Notes: a model not told the origin generated them from the letters alone. A stretch of DNA of 24,000 bases from an uncultured Chloroflexia bacterium (GCA_963770655.1 CAVYQO010000009.1:69084-93083), one strand, 5' to 3'; shown: positions 1 to 8,473, counted from the first letter of the stretch. Numbers and translations: made by a program.

Positions 1-56
1 GCTACCGGCAATTCGGTCTCCAGGGCAGAATCTGCCACGTTTTCACAATTCATCAT
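1..56 (-). CDS. 5' end of an unidentified CDS running off the left edge (MMNCENVADSALETELPV...)
   Basis: ATGATG at 56..51 on the minus strand, with GAGGAG 8 nt upstream. The frame stays open to position 1. Only ~18 codons are visible, so no product call is possible. Confidence 0.3.
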   Translation of the reverse strand, partial: MMNCENVADSALETELPV

Positions 57-81
57 CGAGGTCTCTCCTCGAATCCAGGCA

Positions 82-116
82 ACGCAAGGGACCCACTCGC
101 GTAGAGTCCCTTGCGT
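82..116 (-). other. Stem-loop in the fabF 3' region (11-bp perfect stem, 13-nt loop); possible factor-dependent terminator or RNA stabiliser
   Basis: ACGCAAGGGAC (82..92) pairs perfectly with GTCCCTTGCGT (106..116). It lies 69 nt downstream of the fabF stop on the minus strand. No U-tract follows in either orientation. Confidence 0.35.
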
Positions 117-184
117 CCCCTAAATTCAACATCTGTGGTTTTCCAGATAGTGCGAGTCAAACTGGCACATCTGGCTTATGCTAA

Positions 185-1430
185 TTATACAGTTTTTTTG
201 ATCACCAAGACAGCATTATGACCGCCAAAACCAAACGAATTGCTAATGGCGATGCGGACCGGTTTCTGACGAGCCTCATTCGGAATATAATCCAGATCAC
301 ATTCGGGATCAGGTGTCTCATAATGGATGGTTGGGGGGACAATATTATTTTGGACGACCTTTACACAGAATACTGCCTCCAAGGCCCCGGTCGCGCCCAT
401 CATATGACCAGTCATCGATTTCGTCGAGGATATTGGGATTTGATAGGCTAATTCGCCAAAAGCAGATTTGATTGCCCTTGTTTCGGATAGATCGTTCAGT
501 TGCGTCGCTGTACCGTGGGCATTGATGTAATCGACAGCATCGATATTTAACCCAGCCGATTCGAGGGCAGCACGCATCGCCCGTGCCCCGCCAGCGCCAT
601 TCTCCGCCGGGGCGGTTATGTGATACGCATCAGCAGTAGAGGCATAACCAGCCAGCTCCGCCAGGATTTCCGCGCCACGCTGCCGAGCATGCTCTTCGCT
701 TTCCAGCACCAGCACCGCAGCCCCTTCCCCCATCACCAATCCATCCCTATTTTTATCGAAAGGCTGCGGGGTCATCGAATAATCCTGGTTGCGGCGCGAC
801 ATTGCCCCAATCCGGTCAAAAGAAGCCATGCCAATTGGGGAGATTGTCGCTTCACTGGCCTCCGCAAATTGCCGCGTCGATAATCCCCGACATAATCAAC
901 CTCCAGGCAGTTCCAATCCCGTCCGCACCCGAGGCGCATGCCGATGTAACCGAAAAACATGGCCCAGTGAAGCCATAGTCTATGGCCGTCATTCCCGCTG
1001 CGCCGTTTCCCATTAGCATCGGAATAGCAAAAGGGGAAACTTTGCGGGGTCCCTCTTTTTCGATAAGTGGGATATTTTCTTGAAGCACACCCAATCCGCC
1101 AATGGCAGAACTGACAATCACCCCGACCCGCTCAGGATTAATCCTCTCCAGTAAAATCCCCGATTGAGCGATTGCTTCCGCGGCAGCTACTGCAGCAAAT
1201 TGCTCGAAACGGTCTCTCCGGCGTGCTTCCTTGGCTGGCATATAGTCTTCAGGTCGAAAATTTTTCACTTCACAGGCAATTTGCGCCAAATAATTGCTCA
1301 CATCAAATAAGGTAACCGGACCGACGCCAGAAACCCCATTAAGCACATTTTGCCAGTTTTCTTCAACAGTTTTGCCAATTGAGGAGATTGCCCCTGTACC
1401 CGTAATAACAACTTTTTGGCTACGATCCAT
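185..1430 (-). pseudogene. fabF: Beta-ketoacyl-ACP synthase II (FabF/KAS II); reading frame broken as assembled by a single-base +1 frameshift near 852..860
   Basis: ORFs 852..1430 and 185..829 are colinear halves of one KAS II. The N-half carries the active-site Cys motif SVTSACASG. The C-half carries NAHGTAT, SMTGHMMGATG and NSFGFGGHNAVLV. The halves join as ...AICGG|SEATISPIGMASF... only if one base is skipped. AGGTGAG SD lies upstream of ATG 1430. Confidence 0.9.
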
Positions 1431-1473
1431 ATGCTCACCTAAATAATTGAAAAATGAAACCCAAAATCCTGGA

Positions 1474-2571
1474 TTAGAAATCTGCTTTTAACCCAGCCCC
1501 GGTTAGGATACAAACGATTGGCTCGGGTAACTGGCTGCTCATCTTTAGAGCACTCCAGACGATAGCAGACGTCGGCTCAACATAAAACCCCAAACGAGCC
1601 AGGGCGTCGCGTCCTGGGAGAATATCCGGTTCATCCACAGCGACGATCTGCCCATTCGACGCCTCGACCAGTTTCAGAACAGCATCTCCGCGGACAGGAA
1701 ATTTTACGCGCACTCCTTCGGCTAGTGTTTCGCCCTCTGCCACCCAGCTTAACCCGGCCATCCCATATTGATAAACCGCCCACAATGGCGCACAAGCTCG
1801 CGCCTGGACCCCGATCAAACTTGGGATCACCTCAATTAAGCCGGCAGCTTTTAAAGACTGGAAGCCGCGCCCGATCGCCAGGAGCAGATTACCCTGGCCG
1901 GCAGGTGCAATCACTGTCCCAGGGGCGCAGCCGAGCTCCTCGTACAATTCGTAGGCCAAGGTGGCATACCCCGCTAACCCGTGCGGAAGGTATGCATGGC
2001 TGGCATAGATCAGCGCCTCGCTGGCAAGATTACGCACAGCATCAGCAGCATTCGAGCGCTGACCATCGATCTCTTCAATGACCGCACCATAAGCTTCTAT
2101 TTGGCGGCGCTTTGGTCCGGAAGCCGAAGCAGGGACAAAAATCCTGGAGGATATACCCGCACGGCTGGCATACGCGGCGAGCGAAGCGCCTGCATTTCCT
2201 GAAGAGTCCTCGATCACCGTGGCGACGCCTTTGCTCTTCAATACCGTGACAAGCAGCGCCGTTCCACGATCCTTATAGGATCCACTCGGGTTGAGAAAAT
2301 CAAGCTTAAAACCTACCTGGCGGCCAAACGCTTCCGCCCACACGAGTGGCGTGTTACCCTCGCCGAGGGTGACCGGATCCGATCCTTGCGGCAGCCAAAA
2401 AGTGTGCTGATAGCGCCAGATACCCGCCGCTCTGCGCTCTAGTTGATCAGGATCGTACTGGGGTAGAACGGGCCAATCATACACGCCCGTACAAATCGGA
2501 CACCGCCACGGGAGGCTGTCCCTCGGGTAAGGGCTGCTACAATTCGTACAATAAATGGCGTTTGTGGTCAT
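1474..2571 (-). CDS. thrC: Threonine synthase family PLP-dependent enzyme (ThrC-like, short form with N-terminal zinc ribbon)
   Basis: 365-aa ORF with a Cys4 ribbon (CTNC...CPIC), the PLP-lysine motif NPSGSYKDRG and a DSSGNAGASLAAYASRAG loop. The family assignment is solid, but the exact reaction cannot be proven from sequence. Confidence 0.7.
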   Translation of the reverse strand: MTTNAIYCTNCSSPYPRDSLPWRCPICTGVYDWPVLPQYDPDQLERRAAGIWRYQHTFWLPQGSDPVTLGEGNTPLVWAEAFGRQVGFKLDFLNPSGSYKDRGTALLVTVLKSKGVATVIEDSSGNAGASLAAYASRAGISSRIFVPASASGPKRRQIEAYGAVIEEIDGQRSNAADAVRNLASEALIYASHAYLPHGLAGYATLAYELYEELGCAPGTVIAPAGQGNLLLAIGRGFQSLKAAGLIEVIPSLIGVQARACAPLWAVYQYGMAGLSWVAEGETLAEGVRVKFPVRGDAVLKLVEASNGQIVAVDEPDILPGRDALARLGFYVEPTSAIVWSALKMSSQLPEPIVCILTGAGLKADF

Positions 2572-2625
2572 TTCTAGAGTTTTCCAGGAAAAGTTTCAGG
2601 AATACTACAATATATGCTAAGCTGT

Positions 2626-3093
2626 CTAATCTTGCCGGTCAGGGATGTACTCGCCTTCGATCCACACCTCGTTATCCGGGCTCACCTCTTTTTTCCAAAC
2701 CGGTACAATTTCTTTCAAACGGTCAATCCCATAACGAGCCGCCTCAAAGACGCCTGTATCGCGATGGGCAGCGGTGCACGCAATGAGAACAGTCGGCGTG
2801 CCCGGATCCAGATGCCCGATCCGCTGGACGATCACGATGCCTTCTACATCAGGCCATCTTTGGCGGATCTCATCAGCCACCTGGCGCATCTTGGCTTCTG
2901 CCATCGGCTGGTAGGCTTCATATTCGAGGTAGAGCGTCTGATGCGGTAGATCGCGGGTCGTAATGCCCCGCACCATGCCGGTGAAAAAACACGCCGCGCC
3001 TGTGGTTGGAAGCGTGATTCGCGAGACTAGATCGTTTAAATCCAATGGGTCTTGAGTAATGAGGGTTATCGTTGGGTGGTTTAGATCTGCCAT
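2626..3093 (-). CDS. moaE: Molybdopterin synthase catalytic subunit MoaE
   Basis: 155 aa with MoaE-like blocks (GAACFFTGMVRG, LEYEAY..MAE, VIVQRIGHL, IVPVWKKE). Its ATG overlaps the moaD stop (TAATG). Confidence 0.9.
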   Translation of the reverse strand: MADLNHPTITLITQDPLDLNDLVSRITLPTTGAACFFTGMVRGITTRDLPHQTLYLEYEAYQPMAEAKMRQVADEIRQRWPDVEGIVIVQRIGHLDPGTPTVLIACTAAHRDTGVFEAARYGIDRLKEIVPVWKKEVSPDNEVWIEGEYIPDRQD

Positions 3094-3338
3094 TAGCCGC
3101 CGCTCACCGGTGGAAATACTGCCAACTCTGCCCCCTCTGGGATCATTTGATCTTCAAAAGCAAATTCCCGATTCACGGCGATAATCGCCGATGAAATGGC
3201 GCTGGCCAGGGCTGGAAAATGTTCAACCAACAATATCTTGAAGTCGGCAACTTGGATCCCAACTGGGAGATCCAAATGCACATCTTTTACCCCTGTCCGT
3301 TCTCGCATCGTTGCAAAAAACAAAACTTTAACAGTCAT
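3093..3338 (-). CDS. moaD: Molybdopterin synthase sulfur carrier subunit MoaD
   Basis: 81-aa ubiquitin-like protein ending in the diagnostic C-terminal Gly-Gly (FPPVSGG). It sits between moaC and moaE. Confidence 0.85.
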   Translation of the reverse strand: MTVKVLFFATMRERTGVKDVHLDLPVGIQVADFKILLVEHFPALASAISSAIIAVNREFAFEDQMIPEGAELAVFPPVSGG

Positions 3339-3346
3339 CGGTTTAC

Positions 3347-3871
3347 CTATCCTTTGCCAGGGTCGATTTCAGCTAGCGGATCGAGCGGGTTCTCAAAGTT
3401 TATTACGTCGCCGCTGGCGCCGCCTTTTTTCTGCACCAGGCGAATATTCTGAATGCGCATCGTCTTTTCAACAGCCTTTGCCATATCATAGATCGTCAGA
3501 GCGGCAATGCTCACCGCGGTTAATGCTTCCATTTCTACCCCGGTCTTTCCATAGGTCCGTACAGTAGCGGTAATTTGAATACCCGGTAAGGCTTCGTCAA
3601 GCTCGACGTCGACCAAAATCTGGTTTACTGGCAAAGGGTGACATAACGGGATCAACTCCGAGGTTCGTTTTGCGCCCATGACTCCTGCAATTTGGGCGAC
3701 AGCCAAAACATCACCCTTCTTCATTGCCCCGGCCTTAATTAATGCCAGGGTTTCAGAGCGCATCACCACCTCGCCCTTGGCTACCGCGATTCGATTTGAA
3801 TCTGGTTTTTGGCTGACATCGACCATTTGAGCACGGCCGGTTTCGTCGATATGAGATAACCTGGAGTTCAT
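3347..3871 (-). CDS. moaC: Cyclic pyranopterin monophosphate synthase MoaC
   Basis: 174 aa with conserved MoaC blocks ([67 protein letters not shown]). Confidence 0.92.
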   Translation of the reverse strand: MNSRLSHIDETGRAQMVDVSQKPDSNRIAVAKGEVVMRSETLALIKAGAMKKGDVLAVAQIAGVMGAKRTSELIPLCHPLPVNQILVDVELDEALPGIQITATVRTYGKTGVEMEALTAVSIAALTIYDMAKAVEKTMRIQNIRLVQKKGGASGDVINFENPLDPLAEIDPGKG

Positions 3872-3878
3872 AGGTCAA

Positions 3879-3884
3879 ATTATA
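3879..3884 (-). promoter_or_regulatory. Candidate -10 box (TATAAT) for moaC; spacing implies a leaderless transcript
   Basis: The minus strand reads TATAAT-TTGACCT-ATG: a perfect hexamer 7 nt upstream of the moaC ATG, with no SD in between. Confidence 0.5.
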
Positions 3885-3897
3885 ACTTAATAGTGTA

Positions 3898-3906
3898 TGT
3901 TATAAT
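3898..3906 (+). promoter_or_regulatory. Candidate extended -10 box (TGtTATAAT) for ftsY; spacing implies a leaderless or near-leaderless transcript
   Basis: TGTTATAAT at 3898..3906 is followed by 8 nt (CCTCCCCC, no SD) and then the ftsY ATG at 3915. Confidence 0.5.
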
Positions 3907-3914
3907 CCTCCCCC

Positions 3915-4829
3915 ATGAGTAATCTGATTGATAAATGGAAACAAGGCCTTGCTCGAAGCAGCAAGGCTGCTTTTGGTCAAATTGCAACCCTATTTGGGGC
4001 CACACAAATTACCCCGGAAATTTGGGACGACCTGGAAGCGCTCTTAATCCAGGCTGATTTGGGGGTGGATACAACGGAAGCCGTGTTAGACGCCCTCGAA
4101 CAGCGAGTGGATCGTGAAGGCGTTACGCGGATGGACGAGCTAAAATTAGCCTTACGCCAGGAATTGCGCTCCTTGCTTTTGGACCCACCCGTGCTGAATT
4201 TCACTGAGCAACCGACGGTTGTACTGATCGTAGGGGTGAATGGGTCAGGGAAAACAACCAGTATTGCCAAGCTCGGACAGCGCTATAAAAACGAAGGCAA
4301 GAAAGTGATTTTCGGCGCTGCAGATACTTACCGGGCTGCGGCAGTGGATCAGCTCGAAATTTGGGCAAACCGGCTTGATATCGAGGTTATTTCAGGCCAA
4401 ACAGGCGGCGACGCTGGCGCAGTCGCTTACGATACAGTCAAGGCAGCCATTTCACGCAAATCAGATATTGCATTGATCGATACCGCTGGGCGACTGCACA
4501 CCCGATTCAACTTGATGGAAGAACTTAAAAAAGTGCATCGTGTGGTTGGAAAAGCGATGGCAGGCGCTCCTCACCTGGTTTGGTTGGTGATGGATTCGAC
4601 GACAGGTCAGAACGCGCTGCAGCAAGCCCGCGCCTTTAAGGATGCTGTAAAAGTAAACGGAGTTATCCTGGCAAAGCTTGATTCTTCTGCTCGAGGGGGA
4701 ATGGCATTTGCAATCGGGAAGGAGCTGGGGCTGCCGATTCTATTTGCCGGCCTGGGTGAAAAACCGGATGATCTCCAACCTTTTGATCCCGAGGCATTTG
4801 TGGATAGCATTTTGGCGGAATTTGTTTAA
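3915..4829 (+). CDS. ftsY: Signal recognition particle receptor FtsY (short form, NG domain only)
   Basis: 304 aa with SRP-GTPase motifs GVNGSGKTTSIAKL (G1), DTAGR (G3) and AKLDSSARGG (G4). Confidence 0.93.
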   Translation: MSNLIDKWKQGLARSSKAAFGQIATLFGATQITPEIWDDLEALLIQADLGVDTTEAVLDALEQRVDREGVTRMDELKLALRQELRSLLLDPPVLNFTEQPTVVLIVGVNGSGKTTSIAKLGQRYKNEGKKVIFGAADTYRAAAVDQLEIWANRLDIEVISGQTGGDAGAVAYDTVKAAISRKSDIALIDTAGRLHTRFNLMEELKKVHRVVGKAMAGAPHLVWLVMDSTTGQNALQQARAFKDAVKVNGVILAKLDSSARGGMAFAIGKELGLPILFAGLGEKPDDLQPFDPEAFVDSILAEFV

Positions 4830-4846
4830 TTTTTTCGGGAGAAATT

Positions 4847-5934
4847 ATGCAAGATCTTGAAGACCGGCTGAACCTTTGCGACGAAAAAATCCAGCACCTC
4901 CTGGTGCGTCTTTGACATTCCTGCCAAGCAAACCGAACTGCTCCAATTAGAAAAACAAGCCGAAGACCCGGCGCTGTGGGAAGAACCCGACCGCGCTCAG
5001 AAAGTGATGAAAAGGCTGGCCAGCTTGCGGGAAGATGTGCGCGATTGGGCTGCGCTGCGGCAGCGCGCTCTTGATTCACTTGAATTGGCAGCTCTGGATG
5101 ATGAGAGTCTGCGCGTCGAACTCGAGTTCTGAGGTTGAAGCGATTGAAGCAGATGTGCAAAAACGCGAATTTGCAGCCATGCTTTCGGGGCCCTATGATC
5201 GGGGCGATGCTTTGTTGGCGATTCATGCCGGAGCGGGAGGTACCGATTCACAGGATTGGGCGATGATGCTGCAGCGAATGTACCTACGCTGGGCAGAAGG
5301 ACGTGGATTTAAAACCGAGATCCTTGATACCACCGAAGGCGAGGAGGCAGGAATTAAGAGCGTCACCATTGCAGTGGAAGGCGCATACGCTTTTGGTTAT
5401 CTCCACCCAGAAAAAGGAGTGCACCGATTGGTGCGTCTTTCTCCCTTCGATGCTGCGCATCGAAGGCACACTTCTTTTGCATTAGTCGAAGTTTTACCCC
5501 AGGTCGAAGACGATACCGAGATCTCGATCAACCCGGATGACCTACAAATCGATGTTTACCGTTCATCGAGCGCAGGTGGACAAAATGTACAGAAGAACGC
5601 CACGGCTATCCGCATAACCCATTTACCCACCGGGATTGTTGTGACTTGCCAAAATGAGCGTTCCCAGACGCAAAACCGGGAAAATGCCCTACGTGTCCTG
5701 CGCGGCCGCTTATTAGTGCTAAAACAACAAGAACAAGCAGATACGCTGGCCGAGCTGCGTGGCGAATATACGAAGGCAGAATGGGGGAGCCAGATCCGTT
5801 CCTATGTACTCCACCCCTATCAAATGGTGAAAGATCACCGCACGAATTATGAAATGGGGAATGCGCAGGCAGTTTTAGATGGATCGCTGGACAATTTTAT
5901 CGAAGCATATCTCCGCGCCAACCTGGGAGATTAG
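4847..5934 (+). pseudogene. prfB: Peptide chain release factor 2 (PrfB); has the canonical programmed +1 frameshift plus an additional non-canonical +1 frame break near 5124..5132 as assembled
   Basis: The 22 codons from ATG 4847 end at the in-frame TGA 4913..4915, within CTT TGA C. The +1 frame continues DIPAKQTELLQLEK... but stops at TGA 5130..5132. The rest (…EVEAIEADVQKREFAAMLSG… to 5934) lies one further frame over. It carries the RF2 hallmarks SPF (RLSPFDAAHRRHTSF) and GGQ (SSSAGGQNVQ). Confidence 0.92.
4901..4916 (+). promoter_or_regulatory. prfB programmed +1 ribosomal frameshift site (CTT TGA C) with weak upstream SD-like GGTG
   Basis: The sequence is CTGGTGCGT CTT TGA C. The slippery CUU-UGA-C is identical to the classical RF2 autoregulatory site. 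GGTG sits 3 nt upstream of CTT, the same spacing as the E. coli internal SD. Confidence 0.9.
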
Positions 5935-5959
5935 GATCAGTCAAACAGGTTTCAAATAT

Positions 5960-8411
5960 ATGAAACCTGCTTTATTGATCCTTCTGGCTTTACTCCTGGG
6001 GGCATGTGTCTCAATGAAGGATCCTGAGGGTTCTCAAGAGAATCGCGGGGATATCCTTGCCACGTTACAGCCGGGGGATCTGATTGGACAGACCTTCCAC
6101 TCGCGGCGCGATCAATTAGAACAAATCCAAATCTCACTGGACGTCGACCGGACGAGCCTCACGCCAGGCAGCCGCCTGCTTGCCAGGTTATATCGAATCT
6201 CCAGATGGAGGCGAGCTCCTGCACACCAGCGAGTTCGATCTCAACACGCTGATCAACAGCAGCACCCTGACGATACCTTTTCAACCTGCGGGTCGGAACT
6301 TAGCTGCTGGAGATTATTATCTCGAATTAGAGACGCAAGGAGGCGTGGTCCGATTACTCGGACGAAATGAGGACGCCTATGCGCAAGGGCAGCTCTACCG
6401 TAATCATTTACCAATCGATGGCGACCTGAGCTTTCGACTAAGCTACATCTATGGATTGGCCTCGGTATGGGATGATGTGTTTTCCTGGTTCAAACAAGCC
6501 TGGTTGGTTTTACCCCTCCTGATCTTGTTATGGCTGCCGGGGAGGTTGCTGCTTCGGCTAACTCGCATCGATGAGAACCTTGACTGGGGTGAGCGCAGTG
6601 CGATTTCTATCGGATTAAGTCTCTCCGTCGTACCGCTGCTGATGTTATGGACCAGCTTAATCCATCTTCCATGGAGCCAAACCGCAGTACGGATTTTCAG
6701 CCTGCTCCTGATACTTGTTTATGGTTTCCTTCTGCTCCGCTCTCAAAAAAATGGATTTCATTGGAGAGACCAACACGTTTCCTGGCCGATGATCGCTTTG
6801 GGAGCTGTCTTTGCTTTTTCACTGGCCGTACGGCTGGCTATGGTTAGAGATCTGGCGGGACCGGCGTGGGTCGATTCTGTCCATCATGCTTTGATCACCC
6901 GTTTAATCCTGGCCCAGGGAAGCCTGCCAGACAGCTATGCCCCATTTTTACAGGTAAGCACAACGAATTATCATACCGGCTTTCACACCCTGCTGGCAGC
7001 TTTTACCTGGCTTTCTGGCCTAAAGCTCGAGCAAGCAATGTTGATCTTTGGGCAAGTTTTGAATGCCTCGGCTGTACTTGCAGTGTATCTATTGACAAAG
7101 AGCTTTACCAAAAGCCAGCTTGCCGGGATCTACGCGGCGATCACCGCCGGTTTACTAACCCCGATGCCAGCTTACTACACCAGTTGGGGACGCTATACCC
7201 AACTGGCCGGTTTGTTAATTTTGCCTGCAGCCTGGTGGTTCATAAAATATCTGCTAGATCGAGGACTGGATCCTTTACACACCACGCTAACAGAAACCGA
7301 TCAGCCGGAGAGCTCGGATTGGCTATACTTAGCCCTGGGTGGAATGGCCTTGGGAGGCGTGCTGCTCGTTCATTATCGAGTGTTTGCGTTCCTGATTGCC
7401 TTGCTAATGGCATATTTAGCTGTATACATCGGCCAGGCAGTTTATAGACGCCGTTTTCGTGAGGCTGCCCAGCGGTCAATCTTTGCCATTGGGGGAATTG
7501 GATTAATCGCCGTGATGATCACCCTCCCCTGGTGGCCAAGCACGCTCAGCACCTTCATAAAACCTGTGGCGAGCGCTCCAGGAGGGACAAAGGCTTTTGC
7601 GGATTTCTCGTGGAGCTATCTGAATACCGCTTCTGGAAAATATGTCCTTGGGCTGGCTGGAATAGGGTTAGTTTGGAGTTTCGTTCAAAAACGGTGGTTT
7701 GGCCTGGTTATGGCGCTTTGGGCGGCGATCATGTTCTTTTTTGCAAACCTGGGCGCCTTGCATCTCCCCGGCGGCAACATGATCAATAATACCTCCGTGG
7801 CCATTTCGTTATTTTTACCGTGCGCAGTATTGAGCGGATATTTAATTGGCTGGCTGGTCGCTGGCTGGGCAAAGCTCATTCCCGCCGATTGGCGCTCCTC
7901 CTATTGGGCGGTCGTCTGCCTGGGAAGTGCTGCCTTGGCGTTTGTGGGTGCACGAGCTTTGCTGCCGATTTTAAATCCTGGTACCTTGATGATCCGCCAG
8001 GCCGATTTGCCAGCAATCGCCTGGATCGATGAAAATATTCCAGAGGATGAAACATTTTTGATTAATCCATTTCTATGGGGATATGGTCTCTTTGCCGGGA
8101 GCGACGGAGGTTATTGGATCTCGCCGCTAGCTGGGCGAAACACCCTGCCGCCAGCTGCCCTGTATAATTACAATTTCACAGGCGATCAAGGCCGGAAGAT
8201 CTCTGCGGATGTTCAACAGGTTCTTACATTAGTGCAAGAACCAGACAGGTTGGCTGCTTATTTGATCGATAAAGGAATTCGCTATATCTATCTAGGAGCT
8301 CGCGGCGGTCCACTTTCTTCTGATGTCTTAGTATTTAACCCTCAATTTCAGCAGATATACCACCAGGATGGCGTGTCCATTTTTAAAGTTCTACCATTAA
8401 CCACCCCGTGA
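5960..8411 (+). pseudogene. Large polytopic membrane protein with a lipoprotein-type signal (GT-C/ArnT-PMT-like architecture, function unknown); frame broken as assembled near 6186..6200
   Basis: ATG 5960 opens MKPALLILLALLLGAC (lipobox-like). The N-terminal soluble segment ...TPGSRLLARLY continues as ESPDGGELLHTSEFDL... only in the +1 frame (ORF 6180..8411). About 14-15 hydrophobic helices follow, then a ~150-aa C-terminal soluble domain. The functional label rests on topology only. Confidence 0.6.
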
Positions 8412-8473
8412 AACCTTCCGATCAACGGTGAGGAAGAGGACAGTTCTACTTTGGGCTTTTAACAATCTTCATC

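Noticed and set aside
24-45. GGCAGA-A-TCTGCC palindrome followed by ACGTTTTC, read as a plus-strand terminator
   Set aside because: The loop would be too small for a stable hairpin and the T-run is short. The element also lies inside the putative minus-strand coding start (1..56), with no plus-strand gene upstream in the window.
5124-5132. Possibility that TTC TGA G in prfB is a second programmed +1 frameshift site
   Set aside because: The P-site tRNA-Phe cannot re-pair in the +1 frame (UUC to UCU). No SD-like stimulator lies upstream, and the RF2 site known to me is always CUU UGA. A single-base insertion fits better. It is kept as a finding only because of its consequences.
4663-5226. 187-aa minus-strand ORF, plus the neighbouring 4997..5251 ORF, antisense to ftsY/prfB
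   Set aside because: It is the shadow of strongly conserved plus-strand genes. The composition is Arg/Ser/Pro-rich and low in information, with no SD and no recognisable motif.
5879-5959. Upstream extension of the membrane-protein ORF (start 5879), and likewise the extension of the biotin carboxylase ORF (15834..15890)
   Set aside because: Both extensions overlap the 3' end of the preceding gene and add non-conserved residues. The internal ATGs at 5960 (signal peptide) and 15891 (MTVQEFRKILVANRGE) give canonical N-termini.
6368-6370. Possibility that the membrane-protein frame switch happens at the frame-2 stop codon (AAA TGA G), as in prfB
   Set aside because: Between about 6195 and 6368, frame 2 encodes Arg-rich sequence that does not look protein-like, whereas the +1 frame encodes a coherent beta-rich domain. 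The switch is therefore about 170 nt upstream of the stop.
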